Assembly: GCA_013824055.1 (NCBI GenBank)
Contig: PNNE01000460.1
Location: 1 to 46,756 of the forward strand
DNA length: 46,756 nucleotides
Direction: 5' to 3'
From: Rhodobacter sp.
GTDB taxonomy: Bacteria; Pseudomonadota; Alphaproteobacteria; Rhodobacterales; Rhodobacteraceae
Part shown: positions 36,980 through 46,141 of the stretch, one piece after another
How positions within the stretch are numbered: the first letter of the stretch is position 1
Layout of the letters: each line of letters begins with the position of its first letter
Translations under genes and position numbers: made by a program
Notes under the pieces: generated by a model
Databases searched by the model: none
The model's input: only the letters and a program-made list of their open reading frames with translations
Told to the model about the DNA's origin: nothing

Positions 36980-38617
36980 ATGAAGGGGTTTCTTGCCGCA
37001 CAGCTGCCCAGGCTGGTCTTCCTGCTGGCGATCCTTCCCGGCCTGGCGGTGACCGTTGCGGTCCACAGCGCCGCGGAACGCCGGATCGAGGCCGAGTTCC
37101 TGCGTGTCGCCGACCTTGCCATCGACCGGGTGGTGTCGCGGCTGCAGCAGCATGTCGTGGTGCTGCGCGCCGCCCGTGGTCTGCTGTCCGCCACCGGTGG
37201 CGGGGTCGCTCGGGACGAGTTCCTGCGTTTTCTCTCCTCGGTCGACATCCTGACCGAACTGTCGGGAGTCCAGGGCATCGGCTTTGCCCGGATGATCGCC
37301 AGCACCGATACTGCCCTGGCGGAAGAAGAGATGCGCAGGCACTACGGCCTGGACATTGCCGTTCGTCCCGCGACCGATCAGCCCTGGCGCACGCCCATCG
37401 TGCTTCTGGAACCCCAGAACGCCCGCAACAGCGCCGCCCTGGGCTTTGACATGTATTCCGAACCCTTGCGGCGCATGGCGATGGACCTGGCGATCTCGAC
37501 CGGAGAGGCCCGGATGACCGCCCCGGTCGAACTGGTGCAAGAGATCACCAGCGACAAGCAGACCGGCTTCCTGATCTACCTGCCGTTCCAGAATACCGCG
37601 CCGCCGGCCGACATCCGGTCCGGCCCGGTCGAGGGCTTCGTCTACGCCCCGTTCCGTGGTGGCGACCTGATCCGGGCCGGGCTGGCGGTCGGTGCGCCGC
37701 TGCCCGTCGCGCTGCGCATCGTCGATGTCGAAGCCGCTGGCGCCCCGTTGTTCGACGACAGCGCCCAGGCGGGCGCCCTGTCGCTTCACCACAGCCGCAG
37801 CCTGGACATCCTGGGTCGGACCTGGCGCTTTGACGTCTGGTCCGACAGGGCGGACATCGGGCAGGTGCGGTACCTCGGCAGCGTCTTGCTGGGGCTGACC
37901 AGCTTCCTCTTCGCCGCTGCCGCCGCCTATGCCGTCGTCGCCCGCCAGAAAGAGGCGCTGCAAGCCCGGGCCGTCGCCGCCGCCGCCGCGCGCGAGGCGG
38001 AATACCGCGAGCTTCTGCTGCAAGAGATGAAGCACCGGATCAAGAACCACATCGCCCGCATCCAGTCGATCTCGCGGCAAAGCGCCAGGGGGGCGACGGA
38101 CGTCAAGGTCTTTACCACCGCCTTCGACGCGCGCCTGCAGGCCATGTCCGCGGTGCAGGAGATTCTGGCGGGCAGCGCCGTGGCCCAGGCCGATGTCCGG
38201 GCCGTGCTGGTGAAGGAGTTGCAGCAAAGTCTGGATGCGACCGAGGTCCAGCACCTGATCGACGGCCCGCCGGTCCGGCTGGACGAACGTCAGGCCCATG
38301 CCTTTGCGCTGGTCGTGCACGAACTGCTTACCAACGCGATGAAATATGGCGGGCTTTCGGTGGGCGGGCAGGGGCTGGACATCCGCTGGTCGGTCCAGAC
38401 CGAAGCCGGGTCTCCGCGGATCGAACTGCACTGGAACGAAAGGATCACTGGTCTTTCAACGCCGCCCGAAAGCGGCTCTGGCTTCGGGTCCCGGCTGATC
38501 GAGGCCAGCCTGAATGGCGAACTGCGCGGCAGCCTGACCCGCGACTATGGGCCCGAGGGCCTGGAGATCCGCATTTCCTTCCCGCTGGACCCGGCGCTGA
38601 ACCGGGACCGCGCCTGA
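36980..38617 (+). CDS. CHASE-domain HWE histidine kinase
   Basis: CHASE motifs (GVQGIGFA, ALGFDMYSEP, TAPVELVQE, GFLIYLP); H-box EMKHRIKN; N-box HELLTNAMKYG; WNE; GFGSRLI. Confidence 0.92.
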   Translation: MKGFLAAQLPRLVFLLAILPGLAVTVAVHSAAERRIEAEFLRVADLAIDRVVSRLQQHVVVLRAARGLLSATGGGVARDEFLRFLSSVDILTELSGVQGIGFARMIASTDTALAEEEMRRHYGLDIAVRPATDQPWRTPIVLLEPQNARNSAALGFDMYSEPLRRMAMDLAISTGEARMTAPVELVQEITSDKQTGFLIYLPFQNTAPPADIRSGPVEGFVYAPFRGGDLIRAGLAVGAPLPVALRIVDVEAAGAPLFDDSAQAGALSLHHSRSLDILGRTWRFDVWSDRADIGQVRYLGSVLLGLTSFLFAAAAAYAVVARQKEALQARAVAAAAAREAEYRELLLQEMKHRIKNHIARIQSISRQSARGATDVKVFTTAFDARLQAMSAVQEILAGSAVAQADVRAVLVKELQQSLDATEVQHLIDGPPVRLDERQAHAFALVVHELLTNAMKYGGLSVGGQGLDIRWSVQTEAGSPRIELHWNERITGLSTPPESGSGFGSRLIEASLNGELRGSLTRDYGPEGLEIRISFPLDPALNRDRA

Positions 38618-38626
38618 AAGCGTGGC

Positions 38627-38653
38627 CCGCGCCCGCCAGAGTGGGGGGCGCGG
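38627..38653. terminator. Hairpin between convergent genes
   Basis: CCGCGCCC...GGGCGCGG stem. Confidence 0.4.
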
Positions 38654-38701
38654 ACCGGGTCTGCCGCCGCGAAGGGCTTTGATACAGCGGCCGACCGTTG
38701 C

Positions 38702-39556
38702 TTACTGCACCTTGTGTTCGGGCAGGGCTTCCAGCTCTTCCCTGGTCATGTTGACCCAGATGCGCACCGCGCCACCTTCGGCCTGCGCGACAGTCACCCG
38801 GTCCATCGGGATGGCGACCGAACGCGCGCCGATCCCGAGGAACCCGCCGACATCCAGGATCACGTCAGTCACCTGGCCCTCGCCCGTCAGGACAAGGTCC
38901 GAGACTTCGGCGATCGAGGTGTCGTCCGACCCGCGGACATCGGCGCCGGTCAGGAGCTCGGCGGTCAGGGTGTCACGCTCAATCACGGCATAGCCGTCGG
39001 GCAGGGTCATCGTGCCGTCCGATGCGATGGTCGGGACAGCTGGGGCCGCCCCTTCGGTCTGGGCTTCGGTTGCGGTGTCCGCGGCGACCGGAGCATCGGC
39101 GGGCAGCTCGGCATCGGCTGTGGTGCCGGTCATGCCCGGCACGATGTATTCCGGCGCGCCTTCCAGCGTCGCGCGGTCGGACTGCAGCACCAGGAACCAG
39201 TCGTCGGCGTCGGTGGCGTCATCCTGCACGATCCGCAATGCGGCCATGTCGACGGCAACCTGCCGTTCGCCCATGCCTAGGAAGCCGCCGATGTCGACCA
39301 GCACCGCGTCGACAGTGCCGTCGCGGCCCAGGATGATGTCGTGCACTTCGCCGATGTCTTCCCAGCCTTGCTGCACGCCCTGGTAGGCGTCGGCGTCAAG
39401 GGCGCTTTCGCTGGCATAGATGCGTGCGCCGATGACCTCCGATGCGGCAAGCGCCGGGCCAGCCGCTTCGGTCTGGAACGGAGAGGCGGCGTCCTGAGCC
39501 AGCGAAGGCACTGCGAAACCCGCCGCCAGAGCGGTTGTAAGTAGCAGAGTTTTCAC
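38702..39556 (-). CDS. Secreted double PRC-barrel protein
   Basis: Signal peptide; two PRC motifs (IGEVHDII...VLVDIGGFLGMGERQVAV and IAEVSDLV...VILDVGGFLGIGARSVAI). Confidence 0.88.
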   Translation of the reverse strand: MKTLLLTTALAAGFAVPSLAQDAASPFQTEAAGPALAASEVIGARIYASESALDADAYQGVQQGWEDIGEVHDIILGRDGTVDAVLVDIGGFLGMGERQVAVDMAALRIVQDDATDADDWFLVLQSDRATLEGAPEYIVPGMTGTTADAELPADAPVAADTATEAQTEGAAPAVPTIASDGTMTLPDGYAVIERDTLTAELLTGADVRGSDDTSIAEVSDLVLTGEGQVTDVILDVGGFLGIGARSVAIPMDRVTVAQAEGGAVRIWVNMTREELEALPEHKVQ

Positions 39557-39613
39557 GAGAATCTCCTTCTTCTCGATGATTGGTGCGGCACACAGGGCCG
39601 CTTGTGGATGTCC

Positions 39614-39638
39614 AACAACGTCTGCGGGAATGAGTTCC
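39614..39638 (-). promoter_or_regulatory. EcfG-type promoter of the PRC-barrel gene
   Basis: GGAAC-N16-TGTT on the minus strand. Confidence 0.7.
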
Positions 39639-39682
39639 AGCCGAATTCGCCAGCCTCGCAGCGGCTGGCAGGAAATCGCGCA

Positions 39683-41263
39683 TCAGACCATCTCGTCGGG
39701 GACCAGCGGGAAGGCGCGGCCGAAGTCCTCGGCCGATTTCAGGTCATAGGGCAGCAGGAACCCGCGCCGCAGGTCGGGGGCCAGCCTTGCGTTCCGCGCC
39801 GCCAGGCCCCACCACGCCTGAACCGCCCGCAAGGGATCGAAGAAATCCGTGGCCGCGTCGTTCGGCAACCAATGCGCCATCAGCCGCTGCCGCAGTCGCG
39901 CGACGTCGGTCGGACGTGTCAGGACCACGCCTGCCTCGGTATCCCAGCGCAGCGAACGACCGTTCAGATTGGCCGAGGAGACAATGGCCTGCGTGTCATC
40001 GAAGATGCTGACCTTCGCATGGATATAGACCAGCGGCGCCCCATGCAGTTGCGCCCGGCCCTTCGCCCGCGTCCGGCGAGGCTGCGCCGCCCCGCCGACG
40101 AACAGCCGCCGTCCGAAGCCACGGCGCAGGATGCGCAGGCACCTGGCCTGCAGAAACTCGCCCAGCCTTGCGTCCAGGCCGGTGGAGCCCTCGAACGCCA
40201 CGTCATCCGGCGCGGCAGGCAGGATCAGGATCATCCGCAGATCGGGCTTGTCCCGCGCCGCCTTGGCCAGGCACCGCGCCAGTTGCCGGTCCCGGAAATA
40301 CTGCGTCTCGACATAGATCAGCCGCTCGGCCCGGCTGATCGCATCGCGGTGCGCCGTCTCGATTTCGGCCACCGCCGGTTCGGGCGAAAGGAACCGCCAT
40401 GCCCCCCGCCCGCGCCGCCGCGACAGCGTGCGCACAAAGCGCAGTCCGGCGCGATCCGGCGCCGGCTGTCCGGGGGGAACTCCCGCGATGATATCCTGGA
40501 ATCCCAGCAGATGCTCTCGCGCGTCGCTTGCCACCGGGCCTTCCAGCATCAACTGCACATCGTGCCAAGTCTCATGCGCCGGCTGTAGGTGTTCGGGCGT
40601 ATCATAGAATCGTTCGTCCAGATCCAGACCGCCGATGTATAGGCGCTTGCCGTCGAAGACCGCCAGTTTCTGGTGATGCGTGGCGGGATACAACGGTGGC
40701 ACCACAAGAAGCCGGGGCCGTGGCATCTCGTCCTTGGCTACCAGCATCCGTCCGACCCCCGGCATTTCCCGGAGAGCGGTCAAACGATGCGACGCGACCT
40801 GCCGCCGCAGCCATCCCGCCACCCGAGCCAGCCGCGTCTTCACCACCGGCCAGAACAGAAGCCGCGGCCAGATGCCCGCCACCGCCGAATGCATCGCGGG
40901 CACGACCACCAGCTTTGCCGCCGGCCCGGCCATTTCCGCCGCCGCCCAGAACATCCTGACCGTCCGCCAGGTCGCCCGGTGCAGCCGGGGCCGCGCCACC
41001 GGATCGAAGTCCGACAGCACGATCCGCACCTCGACCCCCCGGCGCAATGTGTGGATGATCAGACTGAACCAGGTCGCGCCGATGGCAAGCGCCTCGGGGG
41101 ACCGCAGCCTGGTCTTCAGGTCAAAGACCCGGAAGCCCGCCACGATCTCGTGCTGGGCGGACAGGAAGGCCCGTTCCAGCGCCGGATAGGCCTCTGCCGC
41201 CGTGACGAGGATCTCGACCGGCGGCAGGGTGGCGGGATGGCGGTGGATGGCGGCCTGCGGCAC
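39683..41263 (-). CDS. Phospholipase D-family protein (two HKD motifs)
   Basis: HQKLAVFDG...GGLDL, WHDV, IYVETQYF, HAKVSIFDD...SSANLNGRS. Confidence 0.9.
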   Translation of the reverse strand: MPQAAIHRHPATLPPVEILVTAAEAYPALERAFLSAQHEIVAGFRVFDLKTRLRSPEALAIGATWFSLIIHTLRRGVEVRIVLSDFDPVARPRLHRATWRTVRMFWAAAEMAGPAAKLVVVPAMHSAVAGIWPRLLFWPVVKTRLARVAGWLRRQVASHRLTALREMPGVGRMLVAKDEMPRPRLLVVPPLYPATHHQKLAVFDGKRLYIGGLDLDERFYDTPEHLQPAHETWHDVQLMLEGPVASDAREHLLGFQDIIAGVPPGQPAPDRAGLRFVRTLSRRRGRGAWRFLSPEPAVAEIETAHRDAISRAERLIYVETQYFRDRQLARCLAKAARDKPDLRMILILPAAPDDVAFEGSTGLDARLGEFLQARCLRILRRGFGRRLFVGGAAQPRRTRAKGRAQLHGAPLVYIHAKVSIFDDTQAIVSSANLNGRSLRWDTEAGVVLTRPTDVARLRQRLMAHWLPNDAATDFFDPLRAVQAWWGLAARNARLAPDLRRGFLLPYDLKSAEDFGRAFPLVPDEMV

Positions 41264-41294
41264 GGCGGTCTCCAGGACAGGGCGGTCTCCAGGA
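41264..41294. repeat. 14-bp direct repeat covering the PLD ribosome-binding site
   Basis: GGCGGTCTCCAGGA at 41264-41277 and 41281-41294. Confidence 0.8.
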
Positions 41295-41307
41295 TTGGGT
41301 CCGGGGC

Positions 41308-41332
41308 AACCCCGGCCCGCTGTCCCGGTTCC
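41308..41332 (-). promoter_or_regulatory. EcfG-type promoter of the PLD gene
   Basis: GGAAC-N16-GGTT on the minus strand. Confidence 0.65.
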
Positions 41333-41364
41333 CGCCCCCTGCGTCCTCTCCCTGCGCCCGCCCC

Positions 41365-42174
41365 CTACGCCCTTAACGTCGCGGTTGACGAAAAGAACAT
41401 CGCCTGGCTGACGGCGGACCGGACCTGCTCTTCCGTGTAGGGCTTGTTGATCAGGAACGCCGGTTCGGGCCGTTCGCCGGTCAGCAGACGCTCGGGGAAG
41501 GCGGTGATGAAGATCACCGGGATATTGCCGAACTGCGCCAGGATCTCGTTGACCGCCTCGACGCCCGAGGAATTGTCGGCAAGCTGGATGTCCGCCAGGA
41601 TCAGGTCGGGCTTCTCGGCTGCGGCCATCTGGACCGCCTCATTGTGCGTGCGCGCGTTCGAGGTCACGCGGTGCCCCATCCCCTCGACGATCGCCACGAT
41701 GTCCATCGCGATGATCGCCTCGTCCTCGATCACCAGGACCGAGCCGCGGACCGACCGCTCCATCTCTTGCACGGCGACGTCGATCAGGTGCCGCGCCTCG
41801 GAGGCGTCGACGCCCATGATCGCCGCCACCTCGTCGTGGTCGAACCCTTCCACCGTGTTCAACAGCAACGCCTCGCGCGAGTTCAGCGTCAGCCCGGCCA
41901 TATGCGCCTGCGCGGCAGTGGACAGATCGTCCTCGGCATCGGTGACGGGCGCACCCGCGGTTGACCAGATCGAATGGAACACCGAGAACATCGAGACCTT
42001 CGGGTCAGGATGCGCGTCCAGCAGGGCAGGATCGGCGATGATCGATTCCAGGACTGCGATGGCATAGGTGTCGCCGCTGGACTGGTTTCCCGTCAAGGCC
42101 CGCGCATAGCGCCGCAGATAGGGAAGGTGTCGGGCCACCGTTGCGGAATGATCGACCGCTTCCTGTGCGAACAT
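41365..42174 (-). CDS. phyR: Anti-anti-sigma response regulator PhyR
   Basis: Sigma-like N-terminus LPYLRRYARALTG plus C-terminal receiver IEDE...LADIQLADNSSG...FITAFPERLLTGERPEPAFLINKP. Confidence 0.96.
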   Translation of the reverse strand: MFAQEAVDHSATVARHLPYLRRYARALTGNQSSGDTYAIAVLESIIADPALLDAHPDPKVSMFSVFHSIWSTAGAPVTDAEDDLSTAAQAHMAGLTLNSREALLLNTVEGFDHDEVAAIMGVDASEARHLIDVAVQEMERSVRGSVLVIEDEAIIAMDIVAIVEGMGHRVTSNARTHNEAVQMAAAEKPDLILADIQLADNSSGVEAVNEILAQFGNIPVIFITAFPERLLTGERPEPAFLINKPYTEEQVRSAVSQAMFFSSTATLRA

Positions 42175-42205
42175 GAATCTTTCTCCCTGATTGCCTGATT
42201 CTTCG

Positions 42206-42300
42206 GGAACCAAACGCGCGACCCCACGTTCAGTTCCCGTCACAGCGAGAGATTTCTCCGGCTGCGTGATCGGTCGGAACCGGACATGGTGGGACGCGTT
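42206..42300. promoter_or_regulatory. Three perfect EcfG promoters
   Basis: GGAAC-N16-CGTT on + at 42206-42230 and 42276-42300, and on - at 42237-42213. Confidence 0.88.
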
Positions 42301-42329
42301 GGTGGCGCAGGTATTGGGAATGGGATGTC

Positions 42330-42503
42330 ATGAAGAAGGATAAGGAGGGGGATGTGCCAAACCGGCAGGCCATCCGCGCGCAGATCGACGAGAACCTGAA
42401 AAGGGTCTATGCGGCCACGCTGAACGAGGAATTGCCCGACAGGTTCCGCGACCTGCTGGCGCAGCTGAAAGGCAGGACCACCGACAAGGGCGGACCGGAA
42501 TGA
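42330..42503 (+). CDS. nepR: Anti-sigma factor NepR (57 aa, below the ORF-track cutoff)
   Basis: Translated by hand: MKKDKEGDVPNRQAIRAQIDENLKRVYAATLNEELPDRFRDLLAQLKGRTTDKGGPE. ATGA overlap with ecfG. Confidence 0.93.
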   Translation: MKKDKEGDVPNRQAIRAQIDENLKRVYAATLNEELPDRFRDLLAQLKGRTTDKGGPE

Positions 42504-43078
42504 CTGCGGGCTTTCCCGCTCTTCATGCCGATCCCCGCGATCGGCTTGCCGGGGCGATCCCGAAGCTGCGGGCCTTTGCGATCAGTCTGGCGCGCGACGC
42601 CACGATGGCCGACGACCTGGTGCAGGACACCATCCTGAAGGCCTGGTCCAACATCGAGAAGTTCGACCCCGCGACCAATCTGGACGCCTGGCTGTTCACC
42701 ATCCTGCGCAACACCTTCTACTCGTCGCTGCGCAAGACCCGCCGCGAGGTGCAGGACAGCGACGGCGTTCATGCCGCAAGCCTGTCGGTGAAGCCCGACC
42801 ATGACGGCCACATGGCAATGCGGGAGTTCCAGAAGGCCTTCGACCTGCTTAGCCCCGAACACCGCGAAGTGCTGATCCTGGTCGGCGCATCGGGCTTTAC
42901 CTGCGAAGAGGCGTCCGAAATGATGGGCGTCGCCATCGGCACGGTCAAAAGCCGCGCTAGCCGCGCCCGGAAACGTCTGGCAGAACTGCTGCACCTGAAA
43001 GACGGAGAGGACATGTTTTCCGGCACCGACGGAGCAACCCAGGCAGTCGTGATGCGCACGGCTGCAGCCGGATTTTGA
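42500..43078 (+). CDS. ecfG: General stress ECF sigma factor (ECF15, EcfG/SigT/RpoE2)
   Basis: LRAFAISL, ADDLVQDTILKAW, NLDAWLFTILRN, REVLILVGASG, GTVKSRASRAR; lies in the phyR-nepR locus. Confidence 0.93.
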   Translation: MTAGFPALHADPRDRLAGAIPKLRAFAISLARDATMADDLVQDTILKAWSNIEKFDPATNLDAWLFTILRNTFYSSLRKTRREVQDSDGVHAASLSVKPDHDGHMAMREFQKAFDLLSPEHREVLILVGASGFTCEEASEMMGVAIGTVKSRASRARKRLAELLHLKDGEDMFSGTDGATQAVVMRTAAAGF

Positions 43079-44778
43079 TCCGCCGCCTGAAAGCGCTGCT
43101 CTCGTTCAGCAGCCTTGGCGTGCGCCTTGGCTCGACCATCATCCTTGCGCTGATGCCGCTTGGGGTTCTGTCGGTCGTCCAGACCCGCGATGCGCTGCAC
43201 CAGGTTGATGCGTCGACGCTGAAGGGTGTCGGCGGGGCGTCCCTGCAAGCCATGCGCGAGCAGATCGAGGTCATCAAGGAAGCGCAGGTCTCGGCACGTG
43301 TGCTGGCCTCGCTTGTCGCTCGTCCCACCGTGGGCGAGCCGTCCTGCGTGCAGCAGGTCACTTCGGTCAAGCGCGAGATCGCGCAGGCCACGGTGGTGGC
43401 CTATGTCCCGAAAAGCGGCCTTGTCACCTGCTCGTCCACCGGCAAGGTCCACGATCTTTCCGACAACGCCGAATTCAGGAAGATGCTGGAACTGCCCCAG
43501 CCCAGCCTGATCTATGACGCACATGGGCAGCTCTCGCAGCAGGCCGTGATCGGGGTCAGACACCCGGTGCTTGCCGCCGACGGAACCTTCATCGGCTTTG
43601 TGGTGATCTCGCTGGCCTATAACGCGCTGTCCGCCGGGGCCTATGGCGATTCGGTCGCGATGTGGAACCCGGTCTATTTCGCCTCGTTCACCGGGGACGG
43701 AAGGATCCTGGTCTCCTCCGAGCCGGATCTGCCGCCCGACACGGCAATTCCGGGCAACCATACCTTCGCCGAGCTTGCAGGATTGTCCGACACCTCGTTC
43801 TTCGTCAACGAGGGGACTTCCCGGCAGATCCTGTCGGTGGTCACGGTGGCGCCGAACCTGTTCCTCGTCTCGGTCTGGCGGCCGGACAGCGCCAGTTTCT
43901 TGACCAACGTGGCAGGCCCCTACCTGATGCCGGCGCTGACCTGGATCGCGGCCCTGGTCGCCGCCGCCTTCGCCTCGAACCGACTGGTCGTCCGCCACGT
44001 CCGCGCTTTGGCCCGGTCGATGACCGACTATGTCTCGTCGCGCCAACGCCTGCAGATTCCCGACATGGAGGGCGCCCCGGACGAGATCCAGCGCCTGCAC
44101 GCCGCCTACGAGCTGATGATCCGCACCATCGAACAGGAAGAGGCCGAGCTGCAGAACCTTGTCGTCGACAAGGATGTCCTGATCCGCGAGGTCAGCCACC
44201 GCAGCGGCAACAGCCTGCAGATCATCGCGTCGATCATGCGGATGTACCGGCGCGAGGCTGCGGACCAGAAGCTGCGCTCGGTGCTGGACGGGTTGATCAA
44301 CCGGGTGATCGCGCTGTCGTCGACCCACACCAGTCTTTACACGCTTTCCGGCCAGCGGGATGTCTCGGTGGACGAGATCCTGGCCAATGTCATCAAGCGC
44401 CTGAAGGAAATCCACGGGGTGGCGCTGGGCGTTGCCTCCAAGCGGCTTCAGCCCGTCCGCATCGACGCCGAGGCGGCCGTGCCCCTGGCCCTCGCCCTGG
44501 CCGAAGCGATCGGCTGCTACTTTTCGCGCGGGGGGCTGGGCACGGACGAGGTTTCGGTTTCCCTTGCAGAAAGCGACGGCACCATCCGGCTCACCGTCGA
44601 GGGGCCCGAGGTGGCAGAGCTTCTGCCGCACCTGACCGAAGGGCTGGTCTCGCTGCCGCAGCGGATGCTCAAGCAGTTCGCGTCGCAGCTTTCCGGGACG
44701 GTCAGCATCCGGCTGGAAGATGGCCGCGCGACAGTCGACCTGGTCTTTCCCCGGCGCAACCCGCTGCGGCAGACATGA
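43075..44778 (+). CDS. Membrane HisKA_2-type kinase with a degenerate ATP-binding domain
   Basis: Two TM segments, a periplasmic Cache-like region, a HAMP-like linker and H-box REVSHRSGNSLQ. N-box and G-boxes are not recognisable. TTG start overlaps the ecfG stop. Confidence 0.8.
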   Translation: MIRRLKALLSFSSLGVRLGSTIILALMPLGVLSVVQTRDALHQVDASTLKGVGGASLQAMREQIEVIKEAQVSARVLASLVARPTVGEPSCVQQVTSVKREIAQATVVAYVPKSGLVTCSSTGKVHDLSDNAEFRKMLELPQPSLIYDAHGQLSQQAVIGVRHPVLAADGTFIGFVVISLAYNALSAGAYGDSVAMWNPVYFASFTGDGRILVSSEPDLPPDTAIPGNHTFAELAGLSDTSFFVNEGTSRQILSVVTVAPNLFLVSVWRPDSASFLTNVAGPYLMPALTWIAALVAAAFASNRLVVRHVRALARSMTDYVSSRQRLQIPDMEGAPDEIQRLHAAYELMIRTIEQEEAELQNLVVDKDVLIREVSHRSGNSLQIIASIMRMYRREAADQKLRSVLDGLINRVIALSSTHTSLYTLSGQRDVSVDEILANVIKRLKEIHGVALGVASKRLQPVRIDAEAAVPLALALAEAIGCYFSRGGLGTDEVSVSLAESDGTIRLTVEGPEVAELLPHLTEGLVSLPQRMLKQFASQLSGTVSIRLEDGRATVDLVFPRRNPLRQT

Positions 44779-44781
44779 AGA

Positions 44782-44803
44782 ACCGGCCCGCAGCGGGGCC
44801 GGT
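44782..44803. terminator. Hairpin between convergent operons
   Basis: ACCGGCCC-N6-GGGCCGGT. Confidence 0.5.
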
Positions 44804-44823
44804 CCGAGCTGCCGGGTGGGCGG

Positions 44824-45729
44824 TCAGTGGTGCCGCGCCGTCGTCTGCTGCTGCCCGGCGGCGGTAAGGACCGAGGCTGCGCTTTCGATGTCGCTCTTCA
44901 GGGCCGAGCCCAGCGTCTGCGCCAGTTCGCTGGCCTTCATCGCCTCGGTCCTTGCGGCGGCGATGGCGTCGTCCAGCAGCCGGTCCCGCGCTTCACCCAT
45001 CAGGCGATCCTCGGTCTCGGTCTGCGGGAACAGGAAGGCCAGTGCCGCACCGGCCGCAGCCACCAGGGCCCCGGTCAGCAGCGGATGCTCTGCCACCTGC
45101 TCGCGGCCCTTCTCGGCCAGTACGATCCGGCCAAGATAGACCTTCTCGCGGGCCAGCAGGGCCTGGTCGCGCGCGGCATCCGTCAGCGACTCCAGCCCGC
45201 GACCCAGCGCCGTGCGCGTCTCGACGGCCAGCGCCGACATCACCTCGGCCCGGTGCTTGGCCAGTTGCGCCGCCGGGGCCAGACCGCGCCGCGCGGCGTC
45301 GTCGATCTGGCGCAGCAGCTGCCTGGCGTTCTGCCGCAGACCGCGCGCCTCGGTCAGCCAGTCCTCTTCCGGGTCCACCGGCTCGGGCGCGGGCGGGCCG
45401 CCTTCGTCCTCCCAGCGGGTCAGCGCCTCGAAGCGCGTGCCGGCTGTCACCGGAGTCACCACGGGCCGGTCCCGGTCACTCGTCGCCTTGCGCCCGAAGA
45501 TCAGCGCCGCGATGGCCACACCGGCTGCCGCCGCCGCCAACGGATGCGCGCGCACCGCGCCGTCCACCCGCGACACCAGCGGTTGGGCCTGGGACATCAG
45601 CGCCGCCTTGCCCTCGGCAATCAGCGTGGCCGGGTCCAGACGCTGACGCAGCGCCACCAGGGCCTGCGCCAGCGCCTGCCGGTCGCGTTCCAGCGCCTGT
45701 TCGATCTCGGTCATGTTTCGGTCAGACAT
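44824..45729 (-). CDS. DUF3618-like stress-associated membrane-anchored protein
   Basis: EIEQALERDRQALAQAL N-terminus, HPLAAAAAG and EHPLLTGALVAAAG...PQTETEDRLMG motifs. Confidence 0.65.
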   Translation of the reverse strand: MSDRNMTEIEQALERDRQALAQALVALRQRLDPATLIAEGKAALMSQAQPLVSRVDGAVRAHPLAAAAAGVAIAALIFGRKATSDRDRPVVTPVTAGTRFEALTRWEDEGGPPAPEPVDPEEDWLTEARGLRQNARQLLRQIDDAARRGLAPAAQLAKHRAEVMSALAVETRTALGRGLESLTDAARDQALLAREKVYLGRIVLAEKGREQVAEHPLLTGALVAAAGAALAFLFPQTETEDRLMGEARDRLLDDAIAAARTEAMKASELAQTLGSALKSDIESAASVLTAAGQQQTTARHH

Positions 45730-46141
45730 GTCGTGCTCCTGTCTCGTCAAGTCCGGCCTGCACCGCCTCCACGTCGCGGCGCAGACCCCGCAGCGCCCGG
45801 TCAGGCCAGATCCCGCGCAGCGTCAGCGCGGCCCGCCCCGCCAGCACCAGGATCAGCGCCAGCACGCAGAGCGCGCCGCCGACGATCAGCGCGGACCAGG
45901 CCGGACCAAGTCCCGTCGCCGCCAGCGCCGCCACGGCGGCTCCGGCCAGCACATTCAGACCGACCAGGGCAAGGATTGCCCCGACGGCAATCTTCACCAA
46001 CCCGCCGACGGCGTGTTTCACGCCCTCGGTCGCCTCGGCCCTGGCCAGCATCAGCTCGCCCCGGACCAGACGGCCAAGGCTGCCGATCACTTCGGACAAC
46101 AGCGTGCGGATGCCCTCCGACTCTGGCTCGGTTCCGCGCAT
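45722..46141 (-). CDS. Two-TM 'phage holin family' (DUF1469-like) stress membrane protein
   Basis: LVRGELMLARAE, two hydrophobic helices, PDRALRGLRRD; typical middle gene of this triplet. Confidence 0.72.
   Translation of the reverse strand: MRGTEPESEGIRTLLSEVIGSLGRLVRGELMLARAEATEGVKHAVGGLVKIAVGAILALVGLNVLAGAAVAALAATGLGPAWSALIVGGALCVLALILVLAGRAALTLRGIWPDRALRGLRRDVEAVQAGLDETGARHV

Noticed and set aside
45722-46141. Prophage lysis gene
   Set aside because: No endolysin, structural or integrase genes nearby; this holin-like family occurs in chromosomal stress operons.
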